A stretch of DNA of 64,000 bases from Candidatus Peribacteria bacterium (GTDB taxonomy: Bacteria > Patescibacteriota > Gracilibacteria > Peribacterales > Peribacteraceae): assembly GCA_023038255.1 (NCBI GenBank), contig CP082927.1:446146-510145 (forward strand), read 5' to 3'. The notes under the pieces are model-generated. The model was not told the origin of the DNA and searched no databases. It worked only from the letters and a program-made list of their open reading frames with translations. Positions within the stretch are counted from its first letter, which is position 1. The number at the start of each line of letters is the position of its first letter. Shown piece by piece: positions 1-7,404 of the stretch. The translations under genes and the position numbers were made by a program.

Positions 1-1
1 C

Positions 2-172
2 TACGACAAGCAATTGTTCCTCGAAGAAATCGGTGTGATTTCCGGGAATGACATGACATACGAATGTGCCGTGGTGAAGCTGATGTGGGCGCTGGCACAA
101 ACGAGGAAAATCGAGAAAGTGAAGAGTATCCTGGAGAAAGATTTGGTTGGGGAACTGAGTTCGAAATTCTGA
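2..172 (+). CDS. 3-prime end of an unidentified CDS entering from upstream of the window
   Basis: Frame 2 is open from the window edge to TGA at 170-172 (56 codons): ...ECAVVKLMWALAQTRKIEKVKSILEKDLVGELSSKF. It looks more protein-like than the antisense 61-aa track ORF 1..186. No family recognised. Confidence 0.3.
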   Translation, partial: YDKQLFLEEIGVISGNDMTYECAVVKLMWALAQTRKIEKVKSILEKDLVGELSSKF

Positions 173-250
173 GCTCGTTTGTACACTCTACATTCTCAAT
201 CCGAATAAAATTCAAAAATAAAAAATAGTTCAAAACAAAATTCCATTTCA

Positions 251-278
251 CCAGAATTTAGTATTTCGAATTTTCCCC
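251..278 (+). repeat. heptad array CCAGAAT-TTAGTAT-TTCGAAT-TTTCCCC
   Basis: Period-7 units. Positions 256-274 are identical over 19 nt to 54430-54448. Confidence 0.8.
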
Positions 279-443
279 CTATTTCCCTTCTCCCTCTTCA
301 TCGTCTCGTTCATGTTCCTCCATGAGCTTCTTGCCGACAATCGAACCAATCGCACCACCGATAATCAAACCCGCAATAACGCGCTTTGCGATGTGATTGT
401 CCTTTGCCTTCTTTTTCTTCTTGAATGGCCACATGTACTGCAT
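279..443 (-). CDS. small single-TM glycine-zipper protein (54 aa, YtxH-like), below the ORF-track size cutoff
   Basis: ATG at 443-441 to TAG at 281-279 gives MQYMWPFKKKKKAKDNHIAKRVIAGLIIGGAIGSIVGKKLMEEHERDDEEGEGK. It has a basic N-terminus, one Gly-zipper TM helix and an acidic tail. It is more plausible than the overlapping track ORFs 310..504 and 312..563. Confidence 0.35.
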   Translation of the reverse strand: MQYMWPFKKKKKAKDNHIAKRVIAGLIIGGAIGSIVGKKLMEEHERDDEEGEGK

Positions 444-454
444 TGTAGCAGACA

Positions 455-482
455 TTCGAAATCCGAAGCACGAAATCCGAAA
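455..482 (-). repeat. heptad array (minus strand TTTCGGA-TTTCGTG-CTTCGGA-TTTCGAA)
   Basis: CGAA recurs at 457, 464, 471 and 478, exactly 7 nt apart. The array lies 12-39 nt upstream of the small ORF start at 443. Confidence 0.75.
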
Positions 483-528
483 GAAAATGAAGTCCCAAAC
501 CCAATAATCAATAACCAGTCACCCCCCG

Positions 529-1914
529 TCACTCGTCCCACTCAATCTCTGGATAGTCTTTAAGATAGTGCAAAATGATGGTTTCGAGCTCTTCAAGTTT
601 TTCCGGCGTTCTTGCTTCAATACAAATAGAAATGCGCGGAGAGGTATTGCTCTGACGGATGCCCACCCACGCCCCGTCGCCGAATTCAATGCGGGCGCCG
701 TCCATGGTTTCCACGTCGTGCCGTTCCTGGAAATGTTTCGTGATTCTCTCCACAACATGGCTCTTGTGCTCGTCTGCAACCGTCGGTCTGCGTTCGGGGG
801 ACTGGTAGACTTTCGGGAAAGCCGCAAAGAGTGAGGATAGGGGGCCGTGCCCTGACTGCAGGATTTTGAGAACGCGCAGAGATGCCACGAGAGCATCATC
901 AAATCCAAAGTAGTCTTCGCCACAGAAGAAATGTCCGGACTGTTCGCCGCCAAGCTTCGCTTTGTGTTCGCGCATGGCGTTTTCCACAAACGAGTGACCG
1001 ACTTTGCAGAGAACCGGCTTGCCGCCCCAGGCGCTGATTTCTGTTTTCAACACGCCGGAGTTGCTCACAGTAAAGACAACCGGTGCACCCGGGAAACGCG
1101 AGAGGTGATCCTGTGCGAGGAGAAGCAGAATGTCATCCGCCGAGCGGATCATGCCGCGCTCATCCACCAGCCCCATACGGTCGCCATCACCATCAAATCC
1201 GAAACCGAGCCGGGCGCCGGTATCCTGCACTGTGCCCTGCAACTCACGCAGTGTTTCCCACTTGCTGGGATCTGCAGGATGATTCGGGAATGTGCCGTCC
1301 GGTTCTGTGTAGAGTTCTGTGACGGTTGCGCCAACCGCCCGCAACACATCGCAGTAGACAGGCCCGGCAACACCGTTACCGCTATCCACCGCAATCGACA
1401 TGCCGTCGCCGACTCCTTTGAAGAGCGTAGCCAAGTGTGTGACGTACGGCGTGATGGCATCTATCTCCAGAGACGTTCCTGATCCCTTCAGGAATCGTCC
1501 TTCCTGAATGCGTGTGTGCAGACGCTGCAGATCGTCTCCGGCGAATGCATCCGCATCAGCGGTGCAGAGCTTGAGTCCGTTGTCGTGGGCGGGATTGTGA
1601 CTCGCGGTGACCTGAATGCCGCCGTCGAGTTCCTGTGTGCAGATGGTGAAATAGTTCACCGGACTCGGCGTCTGGCCAATCAGCAGGACATGACAGCCGC
1701 TTTCGATCAATCCTTCCACCACCGCTCTCTCAAAATCCGGCCCATGCGTGCGTGCATCGCGGCCGACACAGAGGACGGGGTGTTCTTTGCCTGTGCGCTC
1801 GCGGACTTCGCTGCCGAAAGCCTGGCCGATCAGCCGGCAGCCTTCTTTGGTCATCTGTTCATGAGCGCGACCACGGATGTCGTACGCGCGGAAAATGCGG
1901 GGGTCGATAGACAT
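529..1914 (-). CDS. phosphoglucomutase/phosphomannomutase (alpha-D-phosphohexomutase family)
   Basis: 461 aa. N-terminal IFRAYDIRG, phosphoserine loop TASHNPAHDNG, metal loop GFGFDGDGDR, sugar-binding GGEQSGH. Confidence 0.92.
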   Translation of the reverse strand: MSIDPRIFRAYDIRGRAHEQMTKEGCRLIGQAFGSEVRERTGKEHPVLCVGRDARTHGPDFERAVVEGLIESGCHVLLIGQTPSPVNYFTICTQELDGGIQVTASHNPAHDNGLKLCTADADAFAGDDLQRLHTRIQEGRFLKGSGTSLEIDAITPYVTHLATLFKGVGDGMSIAVDSGNGVAGPVYCDVLRAVGATVTELYTEPDGTFPNHPADPSKWETLRELQGTVQDTGARLGFGFDGDGDRMGLVDERGMIRSADDILLLLAQDHLSRFPGAPVVFTVSNSGVLKTEISAWGGKPVLCKVGHSFVENAMREHKAKLGGEQSGHFFCGEDYFGFDDALVASLRVLKILQSGHGPLSSLFAAFPKVYQSPERRPTVADEHKSHVVERITKHFQERHDVETMDGARIEFGDGAWVGIRQSNTSPRISICIEARTPEKLEELETIILHYLKDYPEIEWDE

Positions 1915-1959
1915 GAACCCAGAGTAATGCAGACCGTGCGCGTATCCAACAAAATTCTC

Positions 1960-2841
1960 TCAGGAAACGGTGTTGCCTCCGCCCATCACGCTCAGGATAA
2001 AGTTGATGATGGTATAGCTCAGAATAATGATGAGCAGACCGATGAGGGCACGGATGATGAGATCCTTGGAACTCTTGTACTCGTCATCATTCCCGAAGTT
2101 CACAATCATGCGGACACCTGCGTAAATGACGATGGCCACCGCGATGAGTGCAAGGAAGGACAGAAGGTTTGAAATAATCACCGTCACGCTGGTGATAATC
2201 GCTGTTGCATCACCTCCACCGCCCATTTCTCCGAGCGGCTGCAGATCGACAACACCGAGTGTCAGTTTGATGGCCGGGAGCAGGGAAATCATCAGGACGC
2301 CGGACGCGATACCGAAAATCGTCTGACGCATGTTCGTCACCTCCTCTTCTTTTCCAAAGCTGCCGATAGCGCGGATGACACTGACAATAATCATCAGCAC
2401 ACCCAGAGCCGCCATGGCGACAAGGAACCAGTTCACGAGTCCGTACACAGTTGCATTCAGACGTCCCGCACCTGCAGCGTTGAGAATGCCTTCGGTGTAG
2501 AATGCTTTCACAAGTTCCTGGCTGATATAAATAAGCATGATACCAATCAGCGTTGCGGAAATTGTGCGCTTTGCAGTCGCCAGTTTTCCCTCGTCTTCGC
2601 TCACGACAAGACTGAAGCCGGCGCGGACAACAAGGAAAATGCCGGTCGGGAGAATAATGCCCCAGATGGCGGCAACAACACCGCCTGCAATACCTTCAAT
2701 GCCACCTCCCCATCCTGCACCCGTGAAAGACGGCAACAGGCCCGCGCCGACGCGTGTCACGACACCGCCGAGCCCTTGGGCATGCGCCTGTTCGACAAAA
2801 ATCAGAGAGAGGAGCCGGTTGAGGAAAGAGAGTGCGATCAT
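1960..2841 (-). CDS. polytopic membrane protein built from three TrbC/VirB2-like (CPR T4SS-pilin type) helix-loop-helix modules
   Basis: 293 aa. Three copies of TM - basic/acidic loop - TM, e.g. IAVAIVIYAGVRMIVNFGNDDEYKSSKDLIIRALIGLLIIILSYTIINFIL. This matches the pattern of single-module CPR/Gram-positive T4SS pilins as I remember it. The start overlaps the stop of the upstream gene (ATGA at 2838-2841). Confidence 0.6.
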   Translation of the reverse strand: MIALSFLNRLLSLIFVEQAHAQGLGGVVTRVGAGLLPSFTGAGWGGGIEGIAGGVVAAIWGIILPTGIFLVVRAGFSLVVSEDEGKLATAKRTISATLIGIMLIYISQELVKAFYTEGILNAAGAGRLNATVYGLVNWFLVAMAALGVLMIIVSVIRAIGSFGKEEEVTNMRQTIFGIASGVLMISLLPAIKLTLGVVDLQPLGEMGGGGDATAIITSVTVIISNLLSFLALIAVAIVIYAGVRMIVNFGNDDEYKSSKDLIIRALIGLLIIILSYTIINFILSVMGGGNTVS

Positions 2842-3734
2842 GACAGGAAGGAGAACCCACCCGGGTTCAGCTGGATAATGAAATTCACAATGGTGTAACT
2901 GGTGAGCATGATAATCAGTCCGATGACCGTTCCGAAAATAGTTTTCTTCGCTTTGTCTTTCAGTCCTTCATCAGTCGATACCACCAGGAAGAGTCCCGCG
3001 ACGATGAATGTCAGCACGGAGAGTCCGCCAATAAGGACAATCAGGAAGTTGGCAATACCGATCATCTGTACCGCAAGATCAGACGATCCGCCTGAACCAG
3101 GCAGGAAGTCCGAGACCACCGTTGTCGCAAGCGTGATGATGGCGACGCCAATAAGCGTGTGGAAGAAACGCTGCTTCTGTTTTTCAATTTCCGAATCCTG
3201 ACCCTGCAGAATAATCAGGCGGATACCCTGATACACCACGACCGCAGTCAATGCTGTTCCGACCATCACGCGCATAAAGAAGACAATAACATGCAGCGTG
3301 TCGCCCACCACGGCAGGGCTCACAAGCACGCCGGAGTTATCTGTTCCGTATGTTCCAAACGGCTGACCGACAGCCTGCACAATGAGAGTCGCAAGCGTCA
3401 CAATGGCAGCACCTGCAATACCATAGGTGTAGGCACTCTTCACTTCTGAAATCGTACTTTCATCCGAACTTTCCATCATCAGACGGATGCCGTACTGGGT
3501 GAAGAGGAGAATGGCTGCTGCAGAAAAAACCAGACGCGCACCGTTGAAGAGCGTGGTTTCTACATACATTGCCGCGCCCAGTGAACCGCCACCCGGACAG
3601 TAAAGCGACGTGATGAAACACACAGTACTGAGATTCACCGATGTTGCGACCGGTTCCACTGCCAGAAACCCGGTTTCCGGAAGCAGTATTCCAACCAAGC
3701 CGGTGAGGAGAGCGAGTGGACGGAGAATGCGCAT
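2838..3734 (-). CDS. paralogous membrane protein with three T4SS-pilin-like helix-loop-helix modules
   Basis: The track ORF runs to 3773 but begins with TTG inside the predicted promoter. ATG at 3734 gives MRILRPLALLTGLVGILL... The modules end in ...AGLFLVVSTDEGLKDKAKKTIFGTVIGLIIMLTSYTIVNFII, parallel to the C-terminus of the neighbouring gene. Confidence 0.6.
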   Translation of the reverse strand: MRILRPLALLTGLVGILLPETGFLAVEPVATSVNLSTVCFITSLYCPGGGSLGAAMYVETTLFNGARLVFSAAAILLFTQYGIRLMMESSDESTISEVKSAYTYGIAGAAIVTLATLIVQAVGQPFGTYGTDNSGVLVSPAVVGDTLHVIVFFMRVMVGTALTAVVVYQGIRLIILQGQDSEIEKQKQRFFHTLIGVAIITLATTVVSDFLPGSGGSSDLAVQMIGIANFLIVLIGGLSVLTFIVAGLFLVVSTDEGLKDKAKKTIFGTVIGLIIMLTSYTIVNFIIQLNPGGFSFLS

Positions 3735-3744
3735 AAATCCATTA

Positions 3745-3773
3745 ATTATAGCAGAAACAGCGTTTTGGCGCAA
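3745..3773 (-). promoter_or_regulatory. promoter of the pilin-like gene pair
   Basis: The minus strand reads TTGCGC-N17-TATAAT with a TGc extended -10 (TGCTATAAT). The -10 ends 10 nt before ATG 3734. Confidence 0.5.
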
Positions 3774-3843
3774 TTTGTACTTTTAGATCATACGATGCTC
3801 TATATGCCGTTAAAATCAGGTTTCAGCCACAAATAATCCACCA

Positions 3844-3878
3844 TTTCCTAGAAGCTGAAAGCAAAAAGCTATAAGCTA
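3844..3878 (-). repeat. 35-nt heptad element, copy 1 (minus strand TAGCTTA-TAGCTTT-TTGCTTT-CAGCTTC-TAGGAAA)
   Basis: Period-7 NAG-CTTY units. It ends 6 nt before the BI-1 start codon on the opposite strand. Confidence 0.8.
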
Positions 3879-3883
3879 TCCTC

Positions 3884-4573
3884 ATGCAACAATTCTCCAC
3901 ATCCTCCTCACGTCCCATCGTCTTTTCAAGCGGCGCAGAAGCGCAGGTCTATTTTCTCTTTGCTATAGCCATGGGATTGACCGCTCTGGGTACATTGATC
4001 GGCATACAGACGTTCCAGTACCTCTCATCCCCACTGCTGATTACCTGTGTCATTGTGGAATTGCTGATTATTTTGACAGCATCCATGTGGACCTACATGC
4101 AGCCCTTGAAATATATCCTGTTTGCTGTTTTTCCGTTCCTGTCCGGTTTCACGTTTACGCCGTATATCATGAGTATTCTGGCGAATTACGTGAATGGAGG
4201 ATCTATCCTTCTGAATGCATGCATCAGCACTGCCCTCATGGCGATGGCATCTGCCGTCTTTGCAAAAACGACAGCGGTGAATTTGTCCGGATTCGGGCGT
4301 TTTCTCTTCTTTGCAGTGCTCGGATTGCTGTCTTTCGGCATCCTGCAGATCTTCTTCCCGGGCCTGCGGACTCCGCAGCTGGAAATGCTTCTCTCAGGTG
4401 CGGGAATTCTCGTGTTTGCGGGCTTTACGGCCTATGACCTGCAACGCATCCAGACGATGTCCCGGCATGGCCAAAACCCCTTTTTGCTGGCCATAAATCT
4501 CTATCTCGACATTTTCAACCTGTTTCTTTATATCGTCCGGTTTATGCTGGCCATTTCCGGAGACAGGCGATAA
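3884..4573 (+). CDS. Bax inhibitor-1/YccA family integral membrane protein
   Basis: 229 aa, about 7 TM helices. C-terminal FAGFTAYDLQRI...LAINLYLDIFNLFLYIVRF is typical of the BI-1/YccA (UPF0005) family. Confidence 0.8.
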   Translation: MQQFSTSSSRPIVFSSGAEAQVYFLFAIAMGLTALGTLIGIQTFQYLSSPLLITCVIVELLIILTASMWTYMQPLKYILFAVFPFLSGFTFTPYIMSILANYVNGGSILLNACISTALMAMASAVFAKTTAVNLSGFGRFLFFAVLGLLSFGILQIFFPGLRTPQLEMLLSGAGILVFAGFTAYDLQRIQTMSRHGQNPFLLAINLYLDIFNLFLYIVRFMLAISGDRR

Positions 4574-4661
4574 AGGGAATCTGCCCGTATATTCAGCAGA
4601 ATTGCCCTTTACAGGGCTCTTCCAAATCTCTACTCTAGGCGAACCTTACTGATTCCGCCCC

Positions 4662-4847
4662 ATGTCAAAGCGTCCTACACCCAAGAAAAAGAGAGCCAAG
4701 CGCGCAACCCGCATGCAGCACTCTCATTACATCTCTCTGGAGGTGGCACGTTTGCGTGAGCGTCAGAATTCGCCGTATAACACCCCTGCAGAACCGAAGA
4801 ACGCAGGAGACAAGGCTCTCAAGAGCATTACAAGAATCAAGGCCTAA
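4662..4847 (+). CDS. rpmF: probable 50S ribosomal protein bL32 (no zinc-ribbon cysteines)
   Basis: The N-terminus MSKRPTPKKKRAKRATRMQHSHY matches the bL32 signature M-[AS]-K-x-P-x-PKKK-x-SK-x-x-R-x-x-x-SH-[HY]. The C-terminal half is divergent and has no Cys. Confidence 0.5.
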   Translation: MSKRPTPKKKRAKRATRMQHSHYISLEVARLRERQNSPYNTPAEPKNAGDKALKSITRIKA

Positions 4848-4891
4848 GCCTTATTTCTTCTTGAATCAGCCGTTTTTTTCTTCACCCCACC

Positions 4892-5290
4892 ATGGCTCGC
4901 AGACGTCATCTCTCCCGAATAGCCGTCATGCAGGCACTGTTTGAGCGTGAAAACCGCCCGGAGGTGGATGTGCATCAGTCTCTTCTTTTAAATGAAGCGG
5001 AGCTGGGGGATATGGATACGCCTTTTGCAGAAGAACTTCTGAAAGGTGTGGTCGATCACTACGACGAACTGTGTACCTTGATCCAGGAACATGCACCGGG
5101 ATGGACACTGGAACGCATGGACCCTGTTTCCCGTTGCGTCCTTTGTATGGGTGCGTACGAAATGCAGTATGCAAAAGATGCACCACCTGCCGTCATCATT
5201 AACGAAGCGATTGAGATTGCCAAAGAGTTCGGAACGGACGAATCAGGAAAATTCGTGAACGGAGTCCTGAACGCCATGATCCAGAAATAG
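4892..5290 (+). CDS. nusB: transcription antitermination factor NusB
   Basis: 132 aa. RRRHLSRIAVMQALFE at the N-terminus and AVIINEAIEIAKEFGTDESGKFVNGVLNAM at the C-terminus. Confidence 0.85.
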   Translation: MARRRHLSRIAVMQALFERENRPEVDVHQSLLLNEAELGDMDTPFAEELLKGVVDHYDELCTLIQEHAPGWTLERMDPVSRCVLCMGAYEMQYAKDAPPAVIINEAIEIAKEFGTDESGKFVNGVLNAMIQK

Positions 5291-5331
5291 TTAGACTTCA
5301 AGGTTTTCGTTTTCAGTTCTATACTCGGCAC

Positions 5332-6042
5332 ATGCAACCGTCCTCAAACACCAACGCCACCTCCAATTTTCTCGCACTCGAAAAGACGATCGATTTCCAT
5401 TTCCGGAATCGTGAACTTCTGGTACAGGCTCTCACACACCGCAGCTCTGTCCGCGAAAGCAAACGGAGCGGCCACAACGAACGCCTGGAATTTTTGGGAG
5501 ATGCGGTGTTGGAACTTGCTGCAACTGAGTATCTGTACCACCTCTCCGAGAAGCCCGAAGGTGAATTGACCAACTGGCGCTCCGCACTCGTGCAGCGTGA
5601 ACACCTCGCAGCCGTGGCCCGCGACATCCAGCTCGGCGTACAGCTCATGCTCAGTCGTGGGGAGGAAGCAAGCGGCGGCCGCGACAGAACGTCGACACTT
5701 GCGAACGCTCTGGAAGCGCTTATTGGAGCCATTTATCTCGATAAGGGCTTTGAGGCTGCGAAGCAATTCTGCTTCACATTTATTCTCCGCAGACTCGAAG
5801 GACTTCTGGCAGCCGGCAAAGACCGTGACGAAAAGAGCGTGTTCCAGGAACGTGCTCAGGAAAAATTCGGCATCACCCCGCACTACGAAACCATCGATGC
5901 GGTTGGCCCGGACCACAACAAAGATTTCACCTGCGCGGTATTCATTGGGGAAGAGAAAGTGGCGGAAGGAAAAGGAAATAGCAAGCAACGGGCGGAGCAG
6001 GCGGCGGCGAAGGCGGGGCTGAAGGCGAAGGGGTGGAAGTAA
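5332..6042 (+). CDS. rnc: ribonuclease III
   Basis: 236 aa. RNase III signature NERLEFLGDAVLEL, EALIGAIYLD, and a C-terminal dsRBD (...GPDHNKDFTCAVFIGEEKVAEGKGNSKQRAEQAAA). Confidence 0.92.
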   Translation: MQPSSNTNATSNFLALEKTIDFHFRNRELLVQALTHRSSVRESKRSGHNERLEFLGDAVLELAATEYLYHLSEKPEGELTNWRSALVQREHLAAVARDIQLGVQLMLSRGEEASGGRDRTSTLANALEALIGAIYLDKGFEAAKQFCFTFILRRLEGLLAAGKDRDEKSVFQERAQEKFGITPHYETIDAVGPDHNKDFTCAVFIGEEKVAEGKGNSKQRAEQAAAKAGLKAKGWK

Positions 6043-6056
6043 GATCTTATTTTTAG

Positions 6057-6431
6057 CTAAACCAAAACTTCCTCTCCCCCAGAGCGGGAGAGGAGCGAGG
6101 AGAGGGTTGCTTGCTGAATACAATCCAACACTCTTTCTAAATCATCAAAAACTTCCTGATTAGTAAATCTCAAAACAGTGAACTTCTGTGCTACTAAATA
6201 TTCTTCTCGTAATCGGTCATACTTCTGCTGATATTTATGGATTTCTCCATCAACTTCAATAATAAGCCGTGCTTCAAAGCAGATAAAATCAACGATGAAG
6301 TGGTCTATAGAGACTTGTCGTCTAAATTTATAACCCATTATTTTCTTGCGGCGCAATTGAGTCCAGAGCCGAGCCTCTGCAGATGTTTGCTTTCGCCGAA
6401 GGCGTTTTGCGAATTCGGTGTTTCTTACCAT
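6057..6431 (-). CDS. DUF559 (Vsr-like) endonuclease domain protein
   Basis: 124 aa. ARLWTQLRRKKIMGYKFRRQVSIDHFIVDFICFEARLIIEVDGEIH...FTVLRFTNQEV is the canonical DUF559 pattern. Confidence 0.85.
   Translation of the reverse strand: MVRNTEFAKRLRRKQTSAEARLWTQLRRKKIMGYKFRRQVSIDHFIVDFICFEARLIIEVDGEIHKYQQKYDRLREEYLVAQKFTVLRFTNQEVFDDLERVLDCIQQATLSSLLSRSGGEEVLV
6071..6093. repeat. palindrome CCTCTCCC-N7-GGGAGAGG at the 3-prime end of the DUF559 gene
   Basis: 8-bp stem within the last codons of the CDS. It is related to the palindrome at 6457-6479. Confidence 0.75.
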
Positions 6432-6456
6432 AAGCGGGTATTCTCCTTCTCCCTAA

Positions 6457-6479
6457 CCCTCTCCCGCAAGGGGAGAGGG
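6457..6479. repeat. palindrome CCCTCTCCC-N5-GGGAGAGGG upstream of the DUF559 gene
   Basis: 9-bp stem located 26-48 nt upstream of the DUF559 start codon. Confidence 0.75.
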
Positions 6480-6492
6480 GACGGTCGTACAC

Positions 6493-6912
6493 TTAATAAA
6501 CCTTTTGCTTATATTTATGGTATTTCTCAATCGTCGCCTTCACCGGCTCAAACAAATTCTTTGGCAAACTGTCCAAAGAAACCCACATCCATTTCTCCCA
6601 ATCCTCAGAAGGCTTGTCCAGATTCAGTGCACCATTCACAGCTGCGAGGCACCCAATGCCTATATAATGATTTCCGAAGGCAAAATTTTCATGCACACCG
6701 AGAATGGTCATCGATGTTAGTTTTGCATCAAAAAGATCTTGAAGATTGCGCATGACTGCAGCCTCAATCGTTTCTTGAAATCGGATATCATCACCAGGGA
6801 GGCCATATAATTTCTCCTTTCCCTGAAGCCATTTTTCTGAGGGCATCCCCAGAAGGACTTGTTCATCTTTAATAATCAGGACATCAGTATTCACATGAGG
6901 AAATTTGTCCAT
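6493..6912 (-). CDS. Nudix-fold protein with a degenerate Nudix box
   Basis: 139 aa. The segment GLPGDDIRFQETIEAAVMRNLQDLFD aligns to the Nudix box, but REUxEE is replaced by RNLQDL. This is a fold-level call only. Confidence 0.4.
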   Translation of the reverse strand: MDKFPHVNTDVLIIKDEQVLLGMPSEKWLQGKEKLYGLPGDDIRFQETIEAAVMRNLQDLFDAKLTSMTILGVHENFAFGNHYIGIGCLAAVNGALNLDKPSEDWEKWMWVSLDSLPKNLFEPVKATIEKYHKYKQKVY

Positions 6913-6948
6913 ATCCTAAAAGTCGAAACCTAGAAGCTAAAAGCTCAT
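6912..6948 (-). repeat. 35-nt heptad element, copy 2 (minus strand ATGAGCTTT-TAGCTTC-TAGGTTT-CGACTTT-TAGGAT)
   Basis: It fills the whole rpsJ-Nudix spacer and abuts the Nudix ATG. About 29 of 36 positions are identical to the copy at 55580-55615. Confidence 0.85.
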
Positions 6949-7362
6949 TTACCCCTTCATCTTAATCTCAATATCCACACCGCTCGGCAGGGACAGAGAC
7001 TGGAGGGCTTCAACTGTCTTGAAGGTTGTTTCGGTCAAATCGATCAAACGGCGGTGTGTACGCATTTCGTACTGGTCGCGGGCGTTCTTGTGGACGAATG
7101 TCGACTTGTTGAGGGTGAATTTGCGGATGTTGGTCGGCAGTGGAATCGGGCCATGCACAATGGCACCGCTGCGCACTGCAGTATCGATAATCTTGGCTGC
7201 TGCTTCATCCAGGACACGGTGGTCGAAGGCGCTCAGACGGATGCGGATACCAGAAATACCGTCAGCCTTCTTTTTGGAGGGCTTTTCCGCCGGCTCTGCT
7301 GCTTTGGAGGCTTTCTTGGGAGAAGCCTTTTTTTCGAGGTCCTTGGGGGTTTTTGCAGTCAT
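6949..7362 (-). CDS. rpsJ: 30S ribosomal protein S10 with a Lys-rich N-terminal extension of about 35 aa
   Basis: Core IRIRLSAFDHRVLDEAAAKIIDTAVRSGAIVHGPIPLPT...RTHRRLIDL...LSLPSGVDIEIK. At 137 aa it is longer than the usual length of about 102 aa. Confidence 0.92.
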   Translation of the reverse strand: MTAKTPKDLEKKASPKKASKAAEPAEKPSKKKADGISGIRIRLSAFDHRVLDEAAAKIIDTAVRSGAIVHGPIPLPTNIRKFTLNKSTFVHKNARDQYEMRTHRRLIDLTETTFKTVEALQSLSLPSGVDIEIKMKG

Positions 7363-7404
7363 AGCCTAGAGGAGAAAGAACAGGGATGGGGGTAAAAAGG
7401 GTTT

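Noticed and set aside
1-186. 61-aa minus-strand ORF at the window edge
   Set aside because: The peptide looks random. The plus-strand frame, open from the edge to TGA at 172, is a more credible gene end.
310-563. Track ORFs 310..504 (-) and 312..563 (+)
   Set aside because: They overlap each other and the PGM 3-prime end, and both peptides are implausible. A 54-aa Gly-zipper ORF in another minus frame (279..443) explains the region better.
1960-3773. Calling this locus a type IV secretion system
   Set aside because: Only pilin-like modules are present. No VirB4, VirB6, VirD4 or other T4SS components occur in the window, so only the protein-family resemblance is reported.
5344-6123. 259-aa ORF antisense to rnc
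   Set aside because: The sense strand carries the RNase III signature, and the antisense peptide has no features.
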